From Thermodesulfobacteriota bacterium (lineage in GTDB: Bacteria > Desulfobacterota > Desulfobacteria > Desulfobacterales > SURF-7): a stretch of DNA of 45,204 nt. The notes below the pieces were generated by a model. That model worked only from the letters and a program-made list of their open reading frames with translations, did not search any database and was not told the origin of the DNA. Of the stretch, positions 19,174 through 29,238 are shown in pieces; the first letter of the stretch is position 1, and the number at the start of each line of letters is the position of its first letter. Both the position numbers and the translations under genes were made by a program. The stretch lies in assembly GCA_049320885.1 (NCBI GenBank), contig JBMORA010000062.1:1-45204 (forward strand), given 5' to 3'.

Positions 19174-20349
19174 ATGGCAAGCGTATTGATCATCGGCGCC
19201 GGCGGCGTCGGCAATGTCGTGGCGCACAAATGCGCCCAGGCGTCCGACATATTCACCAACATCTGTCTGGCCAGCCGCGACATCGCCAAATGCGACCGGA
19301 TCGCGGAACGCGTGGGCAAACCCATTGAAACCGCGCAGGTGGACGCGGATAAGACGCCCGAGGTCGTTGCCCTGATCCAGCGCGTGAAGCCGGATCTGGT
19401 GCTCAACGTGGCCCTGCCCTATCAGGACCTTGCGATCATGGAGGCCTGCCTTGCCACCGGCGTCGACTACCTGGACACGGCCAATTATGAACCCCCCGAC
19501 GAGGCCCGGTTCGAATACAAATGGCAGTGGGCCTTCCACGACCGCTTTCGGGAAAAAGGCATCATGGCCCTTTTGGGCAGCGGCTTCGACCCGGGGGTCA
19601 CCAACGTCTTTTGCGCCTACGCCCAGCGGCATCTCTTCGATGAAATCCATTTCATCGACATCGTGGACTGCAATGCCGGCGATCACGGTCATCCCTTTGC
19701 CACCAATTTCAATCCGGAAATCAACATCCGCGAAATCACCCAGAAGGGCAAATACTGGGCAAACGGGGAATGGATCGAAATTCCGCCCATGTCCGAATCC
19801 AGGGAATTCGACTTTCCCGGGGTGGGGCCGCGCAAGGCCTACCTGCTGTACCATGAGGAAGAAGAATCCCTCGTGAAACACATCAAGGGCTTGAAGCGGA
19901 TCCGCTTCTGGATGACCTTCGGCGAGGAATACCTCACCCACCTGCGGGTATTGCAGAATGTCGGCATGACCCGCATCGATCCGGTACGTTTCGAAGGCCG
20001 GGACATCGTCCCGCTGAAATTCCTCAAAGCCCTGCTGCCGGACCCGGGCTCCCTGGGAGTCACCTATTCCGGAAAGACGTCCATCGGCTGCATTTTCGAG
20101 GGGCTCAAAGACGGGCGCACGAAAAGAATGATGGTCTACAATGTCTGCGACCATGCGGAATGCTACCGGGAAACGGGCGCCCAGGCGGTTTCCTACACCA
20201 CGGGGGTGCCGGCCATGATCGGCGCGGCCATGATGCTGACGAAGACCTGGAGGGGCCGGGGCGTTTTCAACATGGAAGAGTTCGACCCCCTGCCCTTCAT
20301 GGACATGCTCAACCGCCACGGGCTGCCCTGGGAGGAAAAAGAGCTGTGA
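19174..20349 (+). CDS. Carboxy(nor)spermidine dehydrogenase (saccharopine dehydrogenase family)
   Basis: IIGAGGVG, NVALPYQDL, YLDTANYE, GFDPGVT, FATNFNPEINIRE, SYTTGVP; coupled to nspC. Confidence 0.93.
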   Translation: MASVLIIGAGGVGNVVAHKCAQASDIFTNICLASRDIAKCDRIAERVGKPIETAQVDADKTPEVVALIQRVKPDLVLNVALPYQDLAIMEACLATGVDYLDTANYEPPDEARFEYKWQWAFHDRFREKGIMALLGSGFDPGVTNVFCAYAQRHLFDEIHFIDIVDCNAGDHGHPFATNFNPEINIREITQKGKYWANGEWIEIPPMSESREFDFPGVGPRKAYLLYHEEEESLVKHIKGLKRIRFWMTFGEEYLTHLRVLQNVGMTRIDPVRFEGRDIVPLKFLKALLPDPGSLGVTYSGKTSIGCIFEGLKDGRTKRMMVYNVCDHAECYRETGAQAVSYTTGVPAMIGAAMMLTKTWRGRGVFNMEEFDPLPFMDMLNRHGLPWEEKEL

Positions 20350-21485
20350 TCCCGGATATCGCCGGCCTCCGGACGCCCTGCTATATCATCCACCTGGGCT
20401 TGCTCCGGAACAACCTGCGGATCCTTTCCCGGGTCCAGAACGAGGCAGGCTGCGAGATTCTCCTGGCCCTGAAGGGCTTTGCCGCCTGGAGCACGTTTCC
20501 CCTGATCCGGGAAACCCTTCGCGGGGTGACGGCCAGTTCCCTGCATGAGGCCATGCTGGGCCGGGAGGAATTCGGCGGCGAGGTGCATCTGTGCGCCCCG
20601 GCCTATCGGGACGATGAGATGGACGAAATCCTGGCCTGCGTCGATCATATCGTCTTCAATTCCTTTACCCAGTGGCAGCGGCATCGACATCGCGTCCGCT
20701 CGAACCCGCGCGACATTTCCTGCGGCCTGCGGGTCAATCCCGAGCATTCGGAAGTGGCCACGGCGATCTACGACCCCTGCGCCCCGAAGTCCAGGCTGGG
20801 TATCCTGCCCCGGGCCTTCGAGGGACAGGACCTGGATGGAATCGAAGGCCTGCATTTTCATAACCTCTGCGAACTGAACGCCGACTCCCTCGAAAGAACC
20901 CTGGCCGCCTTCGAGGCCAAATTCGGCCGGTACATCCGGCGGATGAAATGGATCAATTTCGGCGGCGGGCATCATATCACCCGCAAGGATTACGATGTGG
21001 AGCGTCTCTGCCGGCTGGTCCGGGATTTCCGGACGGCCTACGGTGTCCGGGTATATCTCGAACCGGGCGAGGCCGTGGCCTTGAACACCGGTTACCTGGC
21101 GGCCGAGGTGCTGGACATCCTTCATAACCGGATGGACATCGCCATCCTGGACACATCCGCGGCCGCGCACATGCCCGATGTGCTGGAAATGCCCTACCGG
21201 CCCGTGATCGAGGGCGCGGGCCTGCCGGGAGAACATCCCCATGAGTATCGCCTGGGAGGCCTCACCTGTCTTGCCGGGGATGTCATCGGGGATTATTCGT
21301 TTCCGGAACCGCTGCAGGTCGGACAGCGGCTGATCTTCCACGACATGGCCCATTATTCCATGGTGAAGAACAATACCTTCAACGGGGTGCGCCTGCCGGA
21401 CATCGTGCTGTATGAGCCCGACACGGAAACGTTCCGGGTGGTGCGGGAATTCAGTTATCCGGATTACAAGAACCGTCTTTCCTGA
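20346..21485 (+). CDS. nspC: Carboxy(nor)spermidine decarboxylase
   Basis: LLALKGF, LRVNPE, YDPCAPKSRLG, NFGGGHHIT, EPGEA, HMPDVLEMPY, TCLAGD, MVKNNTFNG. GTG overlaps the upstream TGA. Confidence 0.95.
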   Translation: MIPDIAGLRTPCYIIHLGLLRNNLRILSRVQNEAGCEILLALKGFAAWSTFPLIRETLRGVTASSLHEAMLGREEFGGEVHLCAPAYRDDEMDEILACVDHIVFNSFTQWQRHRHRVRSNPRDISCGLRVNPEHSEVATAIYDPCAPKSRLGILPRAFEGQDLDGIEGLHFHNLCELNADSLERTLAAFEAKFGRYIRRMKWINFGGGHHITRKDYDVERLCRLVRDFRTAYGVRVYLEPGEAVALNTGYLAAEVLDILHNRMDIAILDTSAAAHMPDVLEMPYRPVIEGAGLPGEHPHEYRLGGLTCLAGDVIGDYSFPEPLQVGQRLIFHDMAHYSMVKNNTFNGVRLPDIVLYEPDTETFRVVREFSYPDYKNRLS

Positions 21486-22419
21486 AGACCTCCTTGGAAA
21501 ACGTCACGCGTTCCTCCACCCCCGGCATGGCGCCGGAGCGGTTTTCTATGCAGCGCAACCGCGGCAGCAGCCCCCGCTGGTTGGCGATCTGGATGCTCAG
21601 ACCGGGACGCGCATTCAACTCCAGGATCAGGGGGCCCCTGACCTTGTCCAGCACGATGTCCACCCCCATGTACCCCAGCCCGGTCAGTTCATAACAGCCG
21701 GCGGCCAGCCGCAGCAGCTGGTCCCAATGGGGGATCACCACATCGCGCACGCTTTCATAGGTATCGGGATGTTCGTCGATGATCATGTTTTTCCAGACCG
21801 CCGACCCGGTAACACCGGTGGCGATGTCGATTCCGGCCCCGATGGCCCCCTGGTGCAGGTTGGCCCGGCCCTTGGAATCCCGGGTGGGCAGCCGCACCAT
21901 GGACATCACCGGGAAGCCCTGGAAAACGATGATGCGGATATCCGGGACGCCCATATAGCTGATCCGCTCGAAAATCGGATCGAACTGCACCCGGTATTCG
22001 ATCATGGCGTTGTCCGGCTGGCCGCCCAGGCTGTACATGCCGCTGAGGATATTGGACACATGGTAGCCCACCTCCTCGCCTTCCAGAATGGTCCCGCCCA
22101 CGGTGCGGTAACGGTCCCGGAAACGACCGGCCAGCACCATGATCCCGTTTCCGCCGGAACCTTTGGACGGTTTGATGACCGCATCCGGATGGGCACCGAG
22201 GATATCGTACAGCTTGTGCCGGATCTGGTATTCCGAGCGGATCACGCCGTACAGCTCCGGCACCGACAACCCCGCTTTCAGGGCCAGGGCCTTGGTTTTG
22301 AGCTTGTCATCCACCAAGGGATAGAGACTGCGCCGGTTGTATATCAGCGTGTACTCGGCGTTCCGTTGATTCAATCCCAGAATACCGATGCGCCTGAGTC
22401 GGGCGACCGCCTTCTTCAT
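21451..22419 (-). CDS. Alpha-L-glutamate ligase-like ATP-grasp protein (RimK-related)
   Basis: GLNQRN, YPLVDDKLKTK, IKPSKGSGGNGI, GVPDIRII, ANLHQG, LELNARPGL. Confidence 0.92.
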   Translation of the reverse strand: MKKAVARLRRIGILGLNQRNAEYTLIYNRRSLYPLVDDKLKTKALALKAGLSVPELYGVIRSEYQIRHKLYDILGAHPDAVIKPSKGSGGNGIMVLAGRFRDRYRTVGGTILEGEEVGYHVSNILSGMYSLGGQPDNAMIEYRVQFDPIFERISYMGVPDIRIIVFQGFPVMSMVRLPTRDSKGRANLHQGAIGAGIDIATGVTGSAVWKNMIIDEHPDTYESVRDVVIPHWDQLLRLAAGCYELTGLGYMGVDIVLDKVRGPLILELNARPGLSIQIANQRGLLPRLRCIENRSGAMPGVEERVTFSKEVFRKDGSCNPDN

Positions 22420-23969
22420 GCATCGCTCTCTTTTCGTTTAAACACCTTGAAGCGCATCAATTCCGTTATCCGGTAACCGGAATACCGGCCCAGCAGCAGG
22501 ATGGCGGCCAGCAGCACCAGGTTCAACTCGGGGAACACGAATACCAGGTGGGCCAGAATTGGACTCGACATGACCAGATAGATCATCGAAGCCGCGGCCA
22601 GGGTCCCGGCGCCCTGTTTCAGCGCATCGGTGGGACCGGTCTCCTCCCAAAGGATGGACATTCTTTCGATCGCCATGGTGATGATGACCATGGGAAACAG
22701 GGCGATGGAAAGTCCCTGTTCCAGACCCAGCAGATGGCTGACCACGCTGAAAGAGGCCATCATGAGGACCACCGCCGTCAGCACCGCGGCCAGACGGGGC
22801 ACCACCAGCAGTTTGAGCTGTTCCAGGTAGCGCCGCACGCTGAGCCCCAGACCCACCAGAACGATGAACAGAATGATCCCGGCGGTCAGCTGGGTTTCCC
22901 GCATGGCCAGGGCGATGAGGACCGGCATGAAGGTGCCCAGGGTCCGCAGCCCGATAACGTTGCGCAGCAGCACGATCAGAAACGCCCCGATGGGCACCAA
23001 CAACAGAATCCGATACACCGACTGGGTGGGCAGGGGCAGGCTGAAGAGGGAAAACCGCTGCAAAAAAGGCATCCCGGCCGGGTCCTGATCCGAGATGACG
23101 AACAGGGTTTCCTCCTGGTTGCGCACCAGGGAGACGTCCACCTTGAGGTTCTCTCCCCCCTTGAACTTCACCAGCGGCATGGCCCCCCGCCACCAGACCA
23201 GATAATCGGCGGGGATGCCTTTTTCCTGGGTTTCCGGATTGAAGGCATACCATCGGCCGTTTTCAAACACCTCGATCCAGTGCACCAATTTGGGTTTCAC
23301 CCATTTCATCTCCTGGGTGAGCCGGACCCCATGGACTGCCCGGGCCGGTATATCCGCGAGACCCAGGAGTTGAACCGCCAGGTCGGCCTTGTCCTCGGAA
23401 GTCTTCATGCGATCCGTCAGGAATTGAACCGACGTCATGGAACTGGGACGGTTGAGACGGCGCAGGAGGTTGAGGACAAACCCTTCCAGATCGGCGGATT
23501 TGTCGAACATCTCGGCGACCATTTCCTCGGAGGCCTCCAACTGGGTGCCGATGAAACTGGGCTTGATCAACTCGGCCTTCTCGTGGCGGTCGAAGGGGAT
23601 TTCCATGGTCTGCTCGTTGCCCACAAGCCGGATAACACCTCTATAATACAAGTGAAATTTACCACCGCCCTTGCGCTTGGACCACACCGCCTTGCGGTTG
23701 CCGCCCTCGATTTCCGTATTCAGGCCGAATTCCCGGGAAATAAAACTTTCATTGGTGATGGCGATATTGGGATTGTTTTTGGGGATGAACAGTTCGACCT
23801 TGATGGGCCCTTTCCGGGATTCAAAATGGACATCCGCTTCCAGGGTCCAGAGCATGGTCTGAAGGTTGGGCTTCAAGGGCAGTTTCAGCTTGTGGGCCTT
23901 GTAAAAAAAACAGCCCAAGCCGCTTATGGTCAGGCAAAGCGCCAGGATGTAAAGGTGTTTTTGTTTCAT
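22416..23969 (-). CDS. Inactive transglutaminase fused to a 7TM domain
   Basis: IPARAVHG..HWIEV transglutaminase-like core; LRNVIGLRTLGTFMPVLIA, VPRLAAVL, FPMVIITMAIER, GRYSGYRITEL. Confidence 0.9.
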   Translation of the reverse strand: MKQKHLYILALCLTISGLGCFFYKAHKLKLPLKPNLQTMLWTLEADVHFESRKGPIKVELFIPKNNPNIAITNESFISREFGLNTEIEGGNRKAVWSKRKGGGKFHLYYRGVIRLVGNEQTMEIPFDRHEKAELIKPSFIGTQLEASEEMVAEMFDKSADLEGFVLNLLRRLNRPSSMTSVQFLTDRMKTSEDKADLAVQLLGLADIPARAVHGVRLTQEMKWVKPKLVHWIEVFENGRWYAFNPETQEKGIPADYLVWWRGAMPLVKFKGGENLKVDVSLVRNQEETLFVISDQDPAGMPFLQRFSLFSLPLPTQSVYRILLLVPIGAFLIVLLRNVIGLRTLGTFMPVLIALAMRETQLTAGIILFIVLVGLGLSVRRYLEQLKLLVVPRLAAVLTAVVLMMASFSVVSHLLGLEQGLSIALFPMVIITMAIERMSILWEETGPTDALKQGAGTLAAASMIYLVMSSPILAHLVFVFPELNLVLLAAILLLGRYSGYRITELMRFKVFKRKESDA

Positions 23970-23989
23970 GCCGTTTGTACCGGTGACGG

Positions 23990-24496
23990 TTATTTGGCCT
24001 TGGGATTCTGGGACGATTTGCAATCGGGCAGCATGGTGTATTTCGCATCCGGATCGATGGCGTAGGCCCCTTTGATGAAACTGCGGCCGATGAGGAATTC
24101 ATACAGGAAGCGCCGGCGATCCACCAGGTTCACTTCCGCTGTCCGGATGGTGTTCCCGACGCAGATATCGAGAAACACGACGGGACGTTCCTGGGGTTTG
24201 CCGTTTCTCATCTTCACCTTGGCCGTGCGGACGACGGGGCGCTCCAGGACCACCTCCCGGTTCTTCCGGTCCAGCACGGTGAAGCGCACGAATTGTTTTC
24301 CATCTTTCACAAACCGTTCCACATGGCTGGAATTCAGGGAGGAATGCAGGGCGCCGGTGTCCATCTTGGCCTTGAAGAGCAGGTTCTCCGGCATCAGCAC
24401 CACTTCCTCCAGCCAGCCGATGACTTTAATTTCATTGGAGAAGCATACGGATTGACTCAGCAGTAAAAACAGGATAATGCCAAGGATTGAACGCAT
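23990..24496 (-). CDS. Secreted retropepsin-like aspartic protease (RimK-associated, usually annotated ATP-dependent zinc protease)
   Basis: Signal peptide, IGWLEEV, AKMDTGA, ERPVV, VNLVDR, LIGR. Confidence 0.9.
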   Translation of the reverse strand: MRSILGIILFLLLSQSVCFSNEIKVIGWLEEVVLMPENLLFKAKMDTGALHSSLNSSHVERFVKDGKQFVRFTVLDRKNREVVLERPVVRTAKVKMRNGKPQERPVVFLDICVGNTIRTAEVNLVDRRRFLYEFLIGRSFIKGAYAIDPDAKYTMLPDCKSSQNPKAK

Positions 24497-24649
24497 ATGG
24501 GTTACTCCCGGTTTTGTTGACCAATATGGCTGCTATGGCTGTTGATGGAAAGCCCCTGGATCGGTCAGCCGCTCCGGGGCGATGAACAAGGTGATCTATT
24601 TATACATTATGAAAACAGAAAACAAGAGTTTTTATCCAAAGGAGCATCC

Positions 24650-25471
24650 ATGAACTTTTCCGCCATCGTCCGGCTGGAAGAACGCGGCCGGATCGCCGTC
24701 GTCACCTTGAACCGTCCGGAACGCCTGAATGCCTTCAACGATGATATGTTGCTGAATCTTCAGACCGTTACGAATACATTGAAGAAAAGCCCGCCCTGGG
24801 TCGTGATCCTCACCGGCTCCGGGGACAAGGCCTTCAGCGCGGGATTCGATGTCAACCCGGACAACCCCATGGTCGCGGATTTTCTCCTTTCCGCTGAAAA
24901 GCACGACCGGGGGCCGGCGGCGGAAGCCATGGGCCGGCTTCGAGGGATCGTGGACGACTTCGTTTCCCTGCCGGTTCCAATCATTGCCGCCCTGAACGGC
25001 GTGGCGTTCGGCGGCGGAGCTGAAATCGCCGTACGATGCGATCTGCGGATCATGGATCCCCGGGCCGTCGTCTGTTTTTCAGAGGTCCGCCTCGGTCTGA
25101 TGCCGGACTGGGGCGGTGGTGCCACCCTGAGCCGGCTCATCGGCCCCTCCCGGGCCGCGGATCTCATTCTCACCGCGCGGGAAATCGGCGCGGAGGAAGC
25201 CCTGGCCCTGGGCATGGTCAATCGCATCAGCCGTCCGGGAACGGTTCTGGAGGAGGCCCTGGTCCTGGCCGAAGCCATCGCGTCCAACGGTCCCCGGGCT
25301 GTCCGCCATGCCCTTACAGTCATCCGGCGCAGCCGGGATCTGTCCCTGCGGGACAACCTGGCGCTGGAACTTTCGCTGGCCGCGGATCTCATCGCCTCCG
25401 GGGAATGCATCCACGGTGTATCCGCCTTTCTGATGAAAAAGAAGCCCGATTTCCCGGACATCGTCCCGTAA
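24650..25471 (+). CDS. Enoyl-CoA hydratase / isomerase (crotonase family)
   Basis: TLNRPERLNA, AFSAGFD, PIIAALNGVAFGGGAE, FSEVRLGLMPDWGG; both catalytic Glu present. Confidence 0.93.
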   Translation: MNFSAIVRLEERGRIAVVTLNRPERLNAFNDDMLLNLQTVTNTLKKSPPWVVILTGSGDKAFSAGFDVNPDNPMVADFLLSAEKHDRGPAAEAMGRLRGIVDDFVSLPVPIIAALNGVAFGGGAEIAVRCDLRIMDPRAVVCFSEVRLGLMPDWGGGATLSRLIGPSRAADLILTAREIGAEEALALGMVNRISRPGTVLEEALVLAEAIASNGPRAVRHALTVIRRSRDLSLRDNLALELSLAADLIASGECIHGVSAFLMKKKPDFPDIVP

Positions 25472-25575
25472 AATCGTTTTTGCTTTTCGTTTGTGGAAGC
25501 GGTATAGTCCCAGACGATCATCCGGGTTTTCCTTCATCGTGAATCCATCCTTAATTTTTTATGAGAAGAGGCGGC

Positions 25576-26739
25576 ATGGAATTTTTATACCTTTCCCCCG
25601 AGTTTCCCCCCAATTACGCCAATTTCATCATTCAGCTGGACAGGATCGGCGTCAACGTATGGGCCATAGGAGAAGCGGACTTCTTTTCCATGCCCCCCGA
25701 ACTGCAATCCGCCATCAAATGGTATATCCGCGCGCATCTCGGGTCACCGGAGATGATCGACCAGGTCATCGACGAGTTGATCCGGTCCAAACAGGCCATG
25801 GGCAAACCACCGCATTTCGATATCGTGGAATCCCATAACGAGCAATGGCTGTCCCTGGAGGCTTTCATCAACCGAAAACTGGACATGGACGGTATTCGTC
25901 CGCACCAACTGCCGCGGTTGAAGAAAAAATCGGTCATGAAAGAACAGTTCCGGGAATGCGGCTTGCGGACGGCCCGGGGGGAACTCGTCCGGAATCCCCA
26001 ACAGGCCCTGGAACTGGCCGATGCCCTGGGCTATCCCGTGATTTTGAAACCGGATGAAGGCGTGGGCGCCGGCGGTATCCACCGGGTTGAAGACGAGTCC
26101 GCCCTGCGGCGGATTCTGCCCGAATTGCACGGCGACTACTTCCTGGAGGAATTCATCGCGGCCCGGATCGTCAGCTATGACGGCCTGACGGATTACGACG
26201 GCGGGATCATTTTCGAAAACACCCTGATATACGGCGACGGGGTCCTGGAGTACATCCATGGGAAGGACACGTTTTTTTATACCGCCCGGATCATCCCCCC
26301 CGGGCTGTCGGATATAGGCGAACGGCTGGTCCGGCATTTCGACATCCGGCGCAAGTTTTTCCATTTTGAATTCTTTGATCTGGACGGCCAGTATCTGCCC
26401 ATTGAAATCAACTGCCGCCCGCCCGGCGGGGCCATTCTGGACATGATGAACTACAGCGTGGACGACGATCTGTATGCCGGCTACGCCCGCATGATCGCCG
26501 GCGGAAAGGCGCAGATGGCGGAGGAAAAGAAATACTATTGCGCCTATGTGGGCCGGCGGGACAGGGCCTATGCCCTGAGCCACGACGACATCCTGGCCCG
26601 CTGCGGGGCCTGTCTGACGGAATTCGGGGAAAATCCTCCCATTTATCGTCAGGCCATGAGCGACCGGAGGTATATCCTGCGCTCGCCGTCCGAATCCGAC
26701 CTGCTTTCGATGGCCGCCGATATCCAGCGACCATTGTGA
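25576..26739 (+). CDS. ATP-grasp (carboxylate-amine ligase-like) protein
   Basis: SPEFPPNY, ESHNE.WL, KKKSVMK, YPVILKPDEGVGA, FFHFEFF, EINCRPPG. Confidence 0.88.
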   Translation: MEFLYLSPEFPPNYANFIIQLDRIGVNVWAIGEADFFSMPPELQSAIKWYIRAHLGSPEMIDQVIDELIRSKQAMGKPPHFDIVESHNEQWLSLEAFINRKLDMDGIRPHQLPRLKKKSVMKEQFRECGLRTARGELVRNPQQALELADALGYPVILKPDEGVGAGGIHRVEDESALRRILPELHGDYFLEEFIAARIVSYDGLTDYDGGIIFENTLIYGDGVLEYIHGKDTFFYTARIIPPGLSDIGERLVRHFDIRRKFFHFEFFDLDGQYLPIEINCRPPGGAILDMMNYSVDDDLYAGYARMIAGGKAQMAEEKKYYCAYVGRRDRAYALSHDDILARCGACLTEFGENPPIYRQAMSDRRYILRSPSESDLLSMAADIQRPL

Positions 26740-26776
26740 TCATTCCGTCATTCAGGCAACAGGAGCAAGACCCGCC

Positions 26777-27532
26777 ATGCACATGGAAGAACATCACTGG
26801 TACAGCCCCCAGCTCGACCGGGAAATGCGGCTGAAACTATACGGCCACTGGGGGGATCCCCTCATCGTCTTTCCCTGCTCCCGGGGACGGTATTTCGACT
26901 ACGAGGGCATGGGGATGACCGACGCCATCGCCGGCTTCATCGACGCGGGTAAAATCAAACTGTTCTGCGTGGACGGAATCGACGGCGAAACCTGGTATGA
27001 TTTTTCCATCTCGCCTTCCGAACGCAACGCCCGCCATGGAGCCTACGAACGCTATATCCTGGGGGAGGTGGTTCCCTTCATCCGGGATCAATGCCGCCTG
27101 CCCCATGTGCGGGTGATGACCAACGGATGCAGCATGGGCGCCTTTCACGCCCTCAATTTCTTCCTCAAACACCCGGATGTTTTTTCAGGGGTCATCGCCC
27201 TGAGCGGTCTGTACGGCCTGGACCGGCCAGAGTTCGGCCTGTCCTCCGCGGATATGCAATGGGTTTTTTACAACTCCCCGTTGAATTACCTGCCCGGTCT
27301 GGCCATCCCCTGGTACCTGGAACAATACCGCAACAGCCGGATCATCGTCTGCGTGGGACAAGGCGCCTGGGAACAGGAGGCCCTGGAAGATACCGGGAGG
27401 CTCCGGGATATCCTGCGCACCAAGAACATCCCGGCCTGGATCGATTTCTGGGGGCCCGACGTCCATCACGACTGGCCGTGGTGGTACCGGCAGATGACCT
27501 ATTTCCTCGGCCATCTGTACGGACCAGTTTGA
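26777..27532 (+). CDS. Esterase-family alpha/beta hydrolase
   Basis: YGHWGDP..FP, GCSMG elbow, IALSG, CVGQGAWE, WG.DVHHDWPWW. Confidence 0.88.
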   Translation: MHMEEHHWYSPQLDREMRLKLYGHWGDPLIVFPCSRGRYFDYEGMGMTDAIAGFIDAGKIKLFCVDGIDGETWYDFSISPSERNARHGAYERYILGEVVPFIRDQCRLPHVRVMTNGCSMGAFHALNFFLKHPDVFSGVIALSGLYGLDRPEFGLSSADMQWVFYNSPLNYLPGLAIPWYLEQYRNSRIIVCVGQGAWEQEALEDTGRLRDILRTKNIPAWIDFWGPDVHHDWPWWYRQMTYFLGHLYGPV

Positions 27533-27792
27533 TCCGACCTCGGACTGGTTTGCAATTGTTTCCCTGCAAAAACCATTTGGAATGGCAGATCTCGGGTTGA
27601 ACGGGATCATTGACCGGATCGGAACAATTTTGTATATGACGTATGCGGAATACAGAAGCATCGGCGGCGTCTCCGCCGCTCATCGGACCTTCCATCCGGC
27701 CGATGGAACACAGCGGACTGTGGTTACCTACAACCCCTTCGGACCGGCTGTTTCAGGGTTCGAAACACCAGGCAGGGCCTGAAAGAATCGAC

Positions 27793-29238
27793 ATGCTGGA
27801 CTCAAAAAAAACCATCACCCTGATTTTGATCTATTCCCGCCCGCCCCTGGTATTCGCCGGGATGATCTGCGCCATCCATGTGATGCTGACCCGTCATCCG
27901 GTGGCTTTCTTATTGGGCGTGCTGTTCCTGTTCATCTCCATGTCCTTTGATGTCATTGACCGGTGGTTCGCCGCCCGGTTTCATCCGGACAGCCGCTTCG
28001 TGGACCTGGCCGATCGGATCATGGACAAGATCGTTTTTTCCATCGTCTTCCCGCTGTTGTCCGTCGGGATGATGTGGCGCATGCTGTATTTTCCGTCCGG
28101 AGCCAGAAAAACCGAATTGCTGCACGCCCTGTTCGTATTGTTTTTGTGCATCACGGTGCTCATCCGGGACCATTTCGCCGCCTTCATGCGCGGATTCGCC
28201 ATCCGCCAGGGACTTGAACCGGAACCGAAGGAATTCACCCGCTTGCGCACCATCGTGGCTGCACCCCTCAGCGCCCTCCTCTACGCCAGGGCCTTTTATA
28301 TTCCGGAAGGCCCCTGTATCCCGCTTTATTCATGGACCGCCTGGCTGGGAACCATTTCCACCCGGGTCTTCTTTGTCTGTGAAATCCTCTTTCTGATCAT
28401 CAATTTCGGCTCCATTGCCGGGTATTGTAAAAAATACGGCACCTATTGTCTGGACGAACTCTGCCTGGACGACGATCAGCTCCGTCGGAGGATTCTGGCC
28501 TTTCTGCCCAACGCCCTGACGGTGATGAATGCCATGATGGGTCTTCTGGCGGTTTTTTTCGCCCATCAGGATAAAATCAAGGAGGCCTTTCTGATCATGA
28601 TCGGCGCCGCCATATTCGACAAACTGGACGGCGCCATGGCCCGGAAACTCGGCCTTACGGACTCGACCCCCACCGCGGACGGAAAACCGCGGATCACCTT
28701 CGGCGGCATCATGGATGATATCGCCGACACGGTCAGTTTCTGCATCGCTCCGGCCTGGATTTATTATATGTGTCTGTCGGACGCCCCGGCTTCCTGCAGC
28801 CCGGTAAAACTTCCCATCGGACTGCTGGCCTGCGCCTACGCCGTGCTGGGTGTTTCACGGCTGATATATTTCACCCTGGACAAGAACCCCATTCCCGGTT
28901 ATTTCAAAGGCATGCCGACCCCCGCGGCCGCGCTTTTCGTCACCTCGCCGCTCATCATCTATTTTCAGGCAGCCGCCAAGGGTTCCGTGCATGTCTGCTT
29001 CTGGTATTATTTCTGTTCGGCGATGATGGTGGTCGCCTCGCTCTTGATGAATCTGTATCCGGCTAAATACATCCATGTGGGCCGCTTCATGGACCGCCAC
29101 CGCTGGTTCGGACGCATCAATATTCCCCTGGTGGTGCTCTTTTCGTTTACCCCCTACCTAGGATATTTCGCTTTCGGGCAGCTGTTTCTGTACGCGCTTT
29201 CCCCGCTGTTCGTTCCGAAAATTAAAACAAAGCCTTGA
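27793..29238 (+). CDS. Membrane protein with two tandem CDP-alcohol phosphatidyltransferase domains
   Basis: Domain 1: FDVIDRWFAAR..DLADRIMDK. Domain 2: PNALT..FDKLDGAMAR..GGIMDDIAD..FKGMPTPAAA (PssA-like). Confidence 0.85.
   Translation: MLDSKKTITLILIYSRPPLVFAGMICAIHVMLTRHPVAFLLGVLFLFISMSFDVIDRWFAARFHPDSRFVDLADRIMDKIVFSIVFPLLSVGMMWRMLYFPSGARKTELLHALFVLFLCITVLIRDHFAAFMRGFAIRQGLEPEPKEFTRLRTIVAAPLSALLYARAFYIPEGPCIPLYSWTAWLGTISTRVFFVCEILFLIINFGSIAGYCKKYGTYCLDELCLDDDQLRRRILAFLPNALTVMNAMMGLLAVFFAHQDKIKEAFLIMIGAAIFDKLDGAMARKLGLTDSTPTADGKPRITFGGIMDDIADTVSFCIAPAWIYYMCLSDAPASCSPVKLPIGLLACAYAVLGVSRLIYFTLDKNPIPGYFKGMPTPAAALFVTSPLIIYFQAAAKGSVHVCFWYYFCSAMMVVASLLMNLYPAKYIHVGRFMDRHRWFGRINIPLVVLFSFTPYLGYFAFGQLFLYALSPLFVPKIKTKP

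Noticed and set aside
22548..24065. 505-aa plus-strand ORF
   Set aside because: Antisense shadow of the transglutaminase-7TM gene.
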